Source: an uncultured virus (IMG/VR IMGVR_UViG_3300027836_000010)
Lineage: Duplodnaviria; Heunggongvirae; Uroviricota; Caudoviricetes
Virus record (IMG/VR): IMGVR_UViG_3300027836_000010
Reading direction: 5' to 3' (one strand)
Length of the DNA: 64,000 nt
Below the pieces are notes generated by a model, which saw only the letters and a list, made by a program, of their open reading frames with translations, was not told the DNA's origin and ran no database searches. Numbering within the stretch: the stretch's first letter is position 1; every line of letters begins with the position of its first letter. Both the position numbers and the translations under genes were made by a program. Below are positions 47,001 to 59,000 of this stretch, in pieces.

Positions 47001-50000
47001 ATTTTCTTCAGTTAACTTACTATCTTGTAACTGACTATAAGTGTTAACTAGCACTGCTAATTGTGTTTCTTTAGTTTCTAAATCTAGTTTCGCGGCGCCG
47101 GTAGTAACAAAATTATCGTCATCTAAACGCACAGGATCTATAAACGCAGTAATATCAATAGTGCTTCCTACTGGTATAGGGTCAACTAGTACAACTGTGC
47201 CGTTAGGATTAATTGTACAATCAGTTGGGTCTACTAATACTCTACTAAACTTAATAATTTGAGATGGTTTAGAATTTTTAAATAAGATTTGATCTAATTT
47301 AACTTGTTTTGTCGTTGTATTAATTTCAAGAACTTTTGTATTCAATCCAAACGTACTAACAACAGAGTAAGTCATTGAGCCTGTTGCTGTCATCAATACA
47401 AAATTGGCGCCCCCGTTTACTAAACTTACAGTAATAGTGTTGCCAACTATTGATTTAATGTAGTAACCAGTTACTTGTAAATTTCCAAAGCCTGTACCTC
47501 TAAATTTGATAAATTCTCCCACTACTAATCCAGTAGTAGAACTTAGTGTAATTCTATTTGTTCCCGCAGTTGTAGCAGTAGCAATACCTGACGGCTCAAT
47601 AGTTGTTACAATGTCTCCAAGTTTAATGCCTGTGACGCTAGCCATTTTAATAACGCTTGAACCAGATACATTAGGCGATACTATTCCATCAAGTGTTAAA
47701 TTAGTAGTTACTGTTACTGTTGGTGGATAAATGTCGTTGACATTAAAATTATAAACAGTACTGAACCCGTCAGCGGAATATATATCAGAATTTTTACTAG
47801 AGTAGTAAACGTTCATTTTAGAGCCTGCCGCTGGTACGTAAGGCAAAGTGAAGCTGTGCGTATTTGCAGCTACCGTTACAATGTAATCGTCAAAGGTAGA
47901 ATCAAAGCTAGCCCACTTGTCAGCGTAATAAGGCACACTATCCCAACCAGACGATATATCAAAGTTTAAACCATGGACGCTAACACCACCGTAGTCAACG
48001 CCTGTCATTAGTTGAGCTAAGTCTTTGCCTAACTCGCCGGTTGCCGGATCATAATAGTGTTGTATTCTATCGGCAGCATCTAACATTGACCAGTCTTTAA
48101 TATAAGTTACACTAATTGATATATTCGATGACGGAGCAACATCAAATGTAATTGCGCCTGAATAACTTGTATATCCTCGAGATGTCGATTTAATTGTGCT
48201 GAATGTATAATTTGAACGTAAAGTTTCAACATTGTTGATTAATACTTTAGACTCGCCAATTGTTACTCCACTAGCTTTTAACTCGCCAACTCTTACATCT
48301 GGTACCCATTTTAACGGAAACTGTAAACGGCTACCAGTGCCAGTAAATGTCTCGGTTACTGTTAAATTGGTAACAAGATAATTCTGACTTATTCTGTCAA
48401 ACTTGATTTTAACTTTATTGTTCCTAACAACTCCGTTGCCAATAATAGCTACCGCACGAGCCGGTGTTCCTGTAGCAGATAGGCCGCCATCAATTATTAC
48501 TTTTGGAGCTGATAGGTATCTAGAGCCATTTGTTAATAAAACAATTCGATTAACTCTACCATTGGTAATAAATGCTCGGGCAGTCGTTCCAGTGCCGGAA
48601 TTGCTAATAAATCTAACTGTTGGTGACGTTAGATATCCACTACCACCGTCAACAATTTCTAAAGAGGTTACTGAATAACCCGCAGTATCATACCAATGTT
48701 TCCAAGGGTATTCGGTAATTTTGCTATTATCCGCCGTAATAATTCCGTTGTTAACACCAGTATTAATTGGTGATAGTATTCCATTTTCATACACTACAGG
48801 AATATCAAAGTCAGTTGTTGATAAGCTGGCACTGTCAAGTTTATCATACGCACTTATGTACTCACGAATTTTTGTTCTGTACGGTTTAACTTCATCAATA
48901 TAATCTTCAAAGTTTGACAAATTATCATTGTTGTAAGTTACTTTTTGTTTTAATTCTCCAACACTGTGATGTGCTTTCACAAAACTTGTTTTAAAGATCC
49001 AATCAATATAGTTCTGTTCGCTGAATGCGTAACGCACACTAGCAAAGAATAAATTTAAATATTCTTGTTTAAAGGTATCAGTTAAAATATTATTCTTTAA
49101 TGTATCGAGGATAATGCGTAATTCAGCCGACGCACTATTATCGAATATAGACGAATCGTATAAGGAAGCATCAAAACCATATTGACTATTACTAAAGTCA
49201 TACAAGTTAGAGGCAAATTGTAATGTACCATTTTGTCTAGCTACAACTTTGTAGCTCTGTGTCCAATCGATACTACTAGAGTCAGCATATTTTTCAAGAA
49301 TCATCCAAGTTCCAAGACTTGTTGTTCTTACTTTTACTAATTGATTAATTGTAGGAGTTATTGAATTAAGTTCTATTAACGAATTAATTGAATAATCAAC
49401 CGATGTAAATTCATTATATCCGACAGCATACCAATCAATATAGTTCCAGTACTTTCTTACATCGTAAGATTGACTTTGTACTCTTGACCAAACTTGTGTC
49501 GTAGGCTCATACGCATAAATGCTCCAGGCGTTAGCAACGGAATCACTATGTATCAATACACTATAATTTCTTACTGTAATAATTGTATTGTCATCGTAAC
49601 CGTAGCCTGAAGAAATTATAGTTGCGCCAGTTATTCTGCCGCGAATATCTAAAGTGGCTCTTAATCGCGCACCTGTGCCCGTGCCCGTAATAGTAAAGTA
49701 CGGAGCTACTATATATCCACTTCCTCTATTAATGAGGTTAACCCCTGTGATTCTACCATCAACAATAATCGGTGTTATTGACGGTTTATCAAATGTACCA
49801 ATATTAGCAAAACGCAATTCAGCATCAGAGTCTAACGTACTATCATATAGCCCGGTAAGAGTCGAAGGCTCTGTTTCAAATGAATCAAGTGTTGAAATAT
49901 TTTTATTTTCAACAATTAGTTTATCTTTCAACACACGGTTTGTTTGCTCAATGAATTGCTTTAATGCTTCAAAGCGATTGATAAACATTCCCTGGCGTGG

Positions 50001-53000
50001 TCGATTTTCAACGCCGTATTTTAACTTAGCCGGTAGGCCAGGATCGGGAACAACTCGACCGTCAATATCCTTTCCGCATAAACTGTCAAACCACTTACGT
50101 TCAATAGGGGTTGGTAAAGTTGTTTCACTACTATTATTAATAACTTTCCATTCGCTGTGAATGTTTTTATCAGTATACGGACTAGTCCAATAATCAATAG
50201 ACAGCACTATACTTGTATCTTCTAATAAAGATTTTACGTTTACTAAACTAAAACTATTGCTACCAGTTAGAGCAAGATATCTGTATCCGTATCCACGCGG
50301 GTTTTCAATTAAGTCAACAACGTCTTGAGCTGATAGTTTTCTACTAGGTATGTTAGGAATTGTTTTCTTATTTTTAACCCAGTAATAATATGTATTTTTA
50401 AATGTTTTACTAATATTATCGTATTTACGAACAATAGAATACGTACTATTACCGTACAAACTTGTTCCGCTGACTCCGACAACAATCCCATCTTCAGTAT
50501 CTGCTAGATTATTCCAAGCATCTGGCGTTAATTTAGTTTCAACCCATTCGTATACATCAATACTTGCGCCTGGGAATATTGTATTCCAATTACTGTTTCT
50601 ATAGATTAAACTTTCATCATGGCTGTCAATAAATTTAGCGGTTCTTAAATCCCACCACAGTGTGCCTACATACGGTTTAGTCCAGGCCATGCCGTCATCA
50701 ACATTTACTTCGCTAGTTCCAGAACTATATGTTGCTGGGTCGTAGAATGTTTTATATTTTATTTCTTGGTCAGCAATGCCAGGAATCTTTCCTTGAGTAG
50801 GATCAATTACATCAAGATATGTAACAAGTTTGTTAGTATCTTTATTGTACAAGAATGCACGTTTAATTTTCTTTAAATCAATTCTACCATTTTCCTTGTG
50901 TAGGATAGACCAACTTAAAGTGCCAGTTGGTTTATTGTAAGAAAATAACTTACCTGACTGGTATCCTTGGTCTATTGCGTTAGGAGCACTAACTAAAATT
51001 TGTGTTGCTCCTACTGCCAATCCTTTACAATATCCAGTTGAATTATCATTGCTGTTTAAAAGACTTTCTGCGTATACCCATTTAGTAGAATACAAGTCGT
51101 AAATATCAATTCTTCCACTATCTTCATCTTTGTCTTTGAAGGAAGTTAAACCGTTATCAAACGTTGTTGAGTAGGTATCAAATTGTGTGCTAACAAAGTT
51201 ATCGGCGCCTTGACTATACACTACTATAGTCTCTGCGTTGTTCATAAAATGGATCTTAGTTCCAAAGAATAATGCTATTTCTGGTTTAATATTACGTAGG
51301 TTTTGATGGAACTCATAACCATTAGCAGTACGTGTATATACAGCAACGTTACCTTGGTCAAGGGCTTCGCCGTCGCTGTATATAGACGATATTGCTAGGT
51401 ACTGTCCGTCATTAGATACTGCTACAGCAGATCCAAACTTAGGATCAACGCCCGGAATATTCCAGAACGGAGTATATTGGTTTGATTGAGTTTGTTTATA
51501 AACATATACACGAGCTGTTAAATTGCCGGATCCAGGAGCGGCAATTACTAAGGTAGAACTATCTTCACTTACGGCCATTGCCTGACCAAACTGATTATCT
51601 ACTTCAATAAAACTATTAGCTAAATCGTATGTCCAAGAGGTAACTGTAAATTCAATTACTCCGCTTGGTTCTGAATCTGGCGCGGCATCGATAGTAATAG
51701 ATCGTGTAGTAGCGTCAATTGCTGCAACATACTGATTACTTTCAAAACCAGTTCCTCTCAAGTACATCCCAATCTCGATACCTGATGTGTTCGAAACAAC
51801 AATTTTAGTACCGCTACTTCCAATAGGATTATATGCTGAGGATGCTTTTACTGCAGTCAAATAGGTTAATCTATAAACTGCGCTTTGTCCTGTTACAAAT
51901 AAACAATTATCACCAAATACTAAATTTGAACCAAATTGTTCATTTTCTGCTGGGGCCGGACTCAGTATTGTGTCAACTAGACTAAAGATATTATTGTTAT
52001 CTTTTTGGTATATAGACACAACACCTTGTTTGTTTAGTGTACTGTTTGTACCAGTAGAATCTACCGGAATGTACGAAATTAAAGTCCAGAACGTTTTAGC
52101 AGTTCCTGCTACAGCTACACTGGCAATTGGGCCGGTAGTAGCGCCGTTAACAATGGAAACTACCCGCATGGTTAAATTGTTAACAGGAGCTGAGCCACCT
52201 AAGTTGCTGCCGTTAATTACCAGGGTATCACCTACAGAATAATTAGTTCCTTGATTTACAATAACTACATTGTAACTAGAACCGTTGGCAGTAACATTAA
52301 AAATTGCGCCTGCGCCTGGGCTAGTTTCAGTTGAAGTAACAGACGGTAAGTTTGTATAATTTACTATTGTAGTTAAAGGATCTTTATTAGTTGCAACACT
52401 GATTGCTCTATACGGATTACCGTTACGCACTACTATTATGCCAATTCCGTAAGTAGATATTGAATTCCAATTGCCGGCAAACTTACTTGCTACATTGTTA
52501 GCTAGAGGCGTACCTACAGCCATCCACTGGCTATCCGATGATATTGCTAATACATCGCCTGTTAGAGAATCAGATGTTGGATTATACAGTCCGTCATTTT
52601 TAGAAATAAATGGTGCTGTTATAGTTTGGCGCTGTAACCAAGGAGCAGATGGACCTGTTTTATCGTATACAATAATTTCTCCGAAATTATTTGAAACAGC
52701 AGAAATTGTGCCGTTGGGATTAATTAATACATTTCTACCATAGCCAGTGCCGCTAGTAGGAGATGAGTTTACAATTTCTGTTAAATTGTAAACTGGTTTA
52801 TATTGCCAAGTAGCCCACTTGCCATCGCCGCAGTCATCTGTCCATAATAATTCATTATTATTTACAACCACAGGGTAAGCATCATCAATTGATGTAAATC
52901 GTTGCGATACAAATCTTGCTAATGTGACTCTGTCCTGATCTGAGAATACTCGCGGCTGTGATTTAAATGTAGCACTAACTACTATCTTTGTTGAGTTAAC

Positions 53001-56000
53001 TGAAATAACTTTGTAAAATCCAGTATAATCACTTGCTTGATCAATACCAATTATATCTCCCGCTAAAACATTTTTAACATTATCAGCTAAGGTTATTACT
53101 AAACCAGTAATTCCAAATTCCAAATTCTTAACAACAGCATTTAAATTTGTATATCTATAGACATTCCAACTCGGGCCCTCAAAGCCGACCCAGACATAAT
53201 TTCCTTCGAGGAAATTAGACACATCAGTAGATAGCACATCGTCTATTGTTTTTAATGTAAATTTAACATCGCTAGATCGAACGTAGCCAGGTGTTCTTAA
53301 ATAAGGAACGTAATTAGCTAACGTAGGAAACGGATTATTGTTGTAACCTAGTGGTTTTAAATACACATCATTCGGTGTCTGTCTAGATATAAAATCTGTT
53401 TCACCGGATGTTAACTGATTAACTAACTCGAATCCTTGAGGATTACTTTTAACTTCGGCTTCGTCGATAATAAATTCAATATTTTCAAAGGCTTGGTTGG
53501 CGCCATATTGACCAACACGCAATGCCCACTCTTCGTAAAAGGTAATACTTTCTTGGCCGTCGGCACTTAATACATCGAATAGTTTATTAAGAACATTCTT
53601 TGTTCCTTTTTCAACAATCATACCCTGATAGAATTTAAACTCGCTTACATCGTCTTGAATAATATTGCTTAAATACTGGCGTTTTTGATAGCCAATTAAA
53701 TGCTGAGCCACTTCTTGTTGGCTAGCATCGAAGTTGTCGCTATCTAAACTATAGAAATCTGTAAATTGTGTTGCCTTGTAAGTCCAGTTAGGTAATAATT
53801 TTGCCTCTGGTTTATTATCAATTTTTACCCAGTCCGAAGGAACAAACGATTGAGTTCCGGCAATAAATGTTTTAGCGGTATAATAAAATTGTTTATACTT
53901 GACAATATCCCCTAACGCATAATCTTCCCAACTTGTCCACTCCTGTACTTTTGCTTGGTCAAATATAAAGCCAGGCACATTAAAATCGCCCTTCCAATCA
54001 GTACTAATGTAACCAGATACTTTAATTCGTTCCTGACGATATCCACTTGTTGGTTGATAGATGGTATCATTAAATAATGTTGTATTTTTTAATACAACAA
54101 TTTGTTCTTTTTGTACAAGATAAAATGTAGCACCGTATATGCCATCATCTATTGGCGAATAACTTACTGTATTATCTTCTCTGTAATTTTGTAGGAAATT
54201 AGGTGGTAATTGTGTGCCATCAACTTTAGATATTTCATATCCGTTAAACGGGTTACGGATATCATCTACTACACATAACGGTGTGGCGAATGTTAGTTTG
54301 CCGGCAGCTGGACTTAAACTAATTACACTACTGCCCACCGTGCTTAAACCATCTAACTTAGCATAATCTTCATCAATAAAAATATCCGATGGTTCAGAAT
54401 TTCTAATAGCTTGATAGTAGTCGCCGTTATATCGAACAATAGAACCCAGTGTTACTGGTTGGTTTTGTACCCAATCTTCCCACGAATCTTCGCCTGCGCT
54501 CCAGTTTTGTGTGGTCCAGAATAAAAATTCTTTAGCACTAGTTTCCCAGTTAGTAATCGATCCTAGCTCAGTGTTATAGTCATCAAACACAAAACCTTGA
54601 TCTTTTAACCATTCTCCGTATCCAATTAAGAAATCAACAACCTCCTGTACTGTTCTAAACTTAGTGCCATAAGGAACTGTAATAGGAGTAGTTTTGTCCC
54701 AGCCTTGTCTTATAAATGCGTCCAAGCCACCGACAATCGGCAGCTTTGGTAACAAGTCATAATATACCGGATTAAACACGTCTGTTGTAGTATGTAATGT
54801 TTTTACTCGGTAGTATCTATTTGAGAATGCCACAATTTTGCCTGCGGCAAACTGTGAACGGGTTGCCCATACTATGTAGCTTTCTGAAATTCCGCCAACG
54901 TTAATCGATGTACCAGTTTTTGTATATTCATAATATTTAAAAAATGGTTGTATTAAACTATATCCCTTAACTCCCCAACCGTCATTAAACTTAGTAATTA
55001 TAACTGCGCTATACGTAATTTTCTTAACAGGACTAGAACTATTAAGAATAATTTCGTAGTCTTCTGCTGGAACAAATACACTACCAGATGTTAATGGAGT
55101 TTTACTATCCAATAATAAATTAAATTTTTCTTTGCTGGTGAATCCACCAATACGATGACTTAGTCGCGGAACAATATTTTTTAAATCATAAGAGTATTGC
55201 TGATAAGATTTTAAGTTATCACTTAAAATATAATCTACCAGATAGTTAATAATGCCAGAAGTTTTTACATTTGTTGTACTTGAGTAAATGCTTGGCAAAA
55301 TAATATCTGATGGTTTAATTCTAAGGCCTGTATCTTTATAAATTAATTGATTAGCTAAATTTCTAACTATGCGAGATCTATCTAGTAATGTACCAAATGT
55401 TCTACTTGGCTGTAACAACATAAATGTGATTAACATACTAAATGGGTAGTGACTGCTACGTCTCCATGACGACTCGACTGGGCTCACATCGCCAAACACA
55501 AAGTCGCCAGCTGTTGTATTTGTAATTACTCCGCTAGTTAATCCAGCTAATAGTGGACTAATTACATTACCAGATTCGTCTACAGGAATGCGATTTTTTA
55601 AATATGGTCTTACATATTTTTTAAGTTGTACAGGCGGTTTGCCTGGCTCTCGAACTAAGCCTTCTGATAAATCACTCCACATGACAAGGTTATCGCTAGT
55701 GTACGGAGCAGGGCCGTACAGTGATTGCCACCATGTTGGTTCTTCTGTAAATCCTAGCATTTCCCAAGGACACAAATTTGGTCGATCAGTATCTAGCATC
55801 CAACGATATATACCTTTCCAATAACCAGGTAACGGACTTGCTCCGTCCGGAGTTGCTAAATTTTTATAATTAAATGTTAAACTATTCTCTGAGTCATAAC
55901 TTAACGGTTTCGTAAAATCCCTATCAATTAAGTTTACCCACTTATAAAAATTAAACGCAAGCACTTCGTTAAACTCGGTTAACGAATAAACATTAGCTCT

Positions 56001-59000
56001 GTTGTACGCTGGCACTAGATCGTTAATATCAAAAATATCAGGATTATAGTCAATTTTAATGTTATTATAGATACGTTTTTCTAATTCTAAAATTAAATCA
56101 TCTCTATAATCGCCGTAGGATAAAATCTGGCTACCGTCGTGGCATTGAATCATTGTACGAGGAGTTACTAGGCTAGTATCTAAATAAATTTTAGGTTCAT
56201 ACTTTGGCCAAATTCCTAACTTAGTAGGAGTTTGCGGCACAAAACAGCCGTTAGTATTTTCAAACTCGTATATTGTAATAATATCATCGTTAACAATACT
56301 AGCAGATATAATAACGAATCCCTGGGCATCAAATGTATAATCTTTCTTATACAATAATTGATTGCCATTTAAGTAAACTAATACTGCTTGGTTAGACAAT
56401 GTATCTAAATTAAATGTATTTGTCAACGGGTAAGATTTAATTCTATAATCAATAACTGTTAACTCGTTGCGAATACTTCCGCTAAACGGAACCATATCAC
56501 TAAAATAGTACGGGAATGTTTTTGGTTTATCTTTATTAATTTCTTGTAAAACAGCATTTACATAATCAACAGGCTCGGCTGTTAACCCTAGCGAAGTCGC
56601 AGTAGTTATGAAATTTTTCTTAAAACGATTGTAATCTTCTCGAGATTTTTCAATAGCTCGTATAACATTGTTTGTTTCAGTGGTTATATGATATAACGAT
56701 AAACTTACCGGGCCGCTGTGCTGTACAAAACGTGTTCCGTATGGAGTAATATTTCCTAAGTCTCGAATGTTCTCATGGTCTTGATCATATATTTGATTAC
56801 CAAGAATTAATGTGTTAGAAGACTCTGAAGATACATCGAGACCCGGTGGAATGTTCTCAATAATGCTGCCAACGTGATCAATAACTTCGCCTAGCGTAAA
56901 ATCTCCAATCTCATCGTTCAGTGGATTATTTTGTAAATTATTAGGTATTTCATAATAACCATTACTATTAATTGCTTGTTTAGCATAGGATTTAATAGTT
57001 AAAATATCGCTAGTTGTAATGTCAGTCACTAACACTACTTTTTTGTAATACGCACCGTCAACTACTGACCACTTGGTTATATCAAGTCGTAAACCGTTGA
57101 TATAAACCTTAACTACTAGGTCTGTTAAGTTGTTAATGTCTTCATATACATCAATGTCAAAGTTGTTTACTTTGTTTGAGCCTTTATAGATTCTTACAGC
57201 AGCCTGTACTGTATTCGTTATAGCAAGCTGCCAGCCGTTAACGTATAGTAATTCTCTGTTAGGTAACGTTTTGCTAAGATATCCAACATTTGTATTTTTA
57301 GATACAATTTCAGAACCACTCTTATATTGGAATGAATCTGTAGCAATATTAAAATTAAAAACAATATCGCCTACGTTGTTTATATTTTTGTACGAAAGAG
57401 GAAAACCTAATACCGAATCATTAACGCCTGAGCCAATTTTATAGGAAAATAATTTAGTACCAGTAAATGTAGAACCGTCGTATACTTCGTTATTCCCATA
57501 GCTCACGCCATTATCATCTACAATATCAAATAATGGAGCTTGGTTAACTGTACGTTTTTGTTGGGCGGATTTCCACTCTACTCCGTTATACCAGTACATT
57601 AGTCCTTGATTTTGCAATCCTTGTTTTACAAGTACTACTTGATCTTTAGGTGACGCTCCTTGATCAACTAAATGAATCCGGCGGACTCCGTCTAAAATTA
57701 GAAAATCAACTTTATAAATTCTATTTTTAACTCGAATGTCAGTATCGTTAACAAATAGTATTCGCTGGCCTTGGGCCACATCAATCCCGTCAATGTTATA
57801 ACCAAACTGTCCTTCTACGTTTGACATAACATCTAAGGTATAACTATCAATCAAGTCAATGTTGTCAGATGCCTCAGTACCAAAATTGAATAGGCGAATG
57901 TTAGCTTCAAATTCTATAATTGGTCTAACAGCACGAGCTGTTTGGTCATAACTTGGAACTTTGTTGTTATACGTTGCGCTATCTTCAATTACATCTTTAT
58001 GAAACCATCTATTATATCGACTCCACGGATTATGATCAAACCCACCTCTGTTAATTACTACATAGTCTTTTACGCCGGCAAAAGTTGTAGCATCACTCCA
58101 TGGCAGGCTGTCAAAAGGCGTAGTATCAAATAATATAGCTTCCGACTCAGTATACGAACTTACTAATTCTAATATTGATTCGTGAATAAGCTGTATAGAA
58201 GTGCCTACTCCTTCAACGTAGTATTGGCCCGATTGATAACTTTCTGGCAATACCCGGCCAACAAAAGACACTTTCATTCCGTTACTTAACGAGGTTCCGT
58301 CTGGTAACACATAATTGGTTTTACCAATAACATCGGCAGTGACGTTAAGTGAAGAATTAGTATCAATAGATAATATTTGAAATACTCCTCCAAGATTAAC
58401 ATCAGTTTCACTAACATAAAATAATATGTCAGGACTGTTAAAAGGAATAGTAAATTCAATAACTCCTAATTCAACAGCATGTCCAGTTATTTGCGGGATT
58501 TCATATCTGTTAGTAGTGCCTAATGTGCGCTTTGTTTTAATACTAAACGGATTACCAGGACTGTTAATTTCAAATTTATATGTCTGACCCCTGTATAATT
58601 TTATACTAGGATTTTGTAAAACACTTGTTATATTTGGTTGGAACACATACGTATTATTATCGAGTTCTGCCTGGATGCTAATAGTGTATGTACTAGTAAC
58701 TTCTTGTTGTTGTCCTGCTATCTTAATTACGTCAGGGCCGTAAGGTAACCAATAGTAATTTTGAAAGTTAACAAACTTATCCCAATCAATGTGCGGATCC
58801 CATGAATAAAATTCTTGAGAATTTATGCGGGCATGGTTAGATGTGTTTGATCCAAACACAGATAATTGATTAATATAATCTTGATAATCTTTAAAAAATG
58901 TAGTATTACCTAAATCATCTTTAATAGTCAAACCAGGTTCTAACTGATAATTCTGTCTTACAGTATTGGCAGCTTCTATAAAAATGTCGGCGCCGGTTGA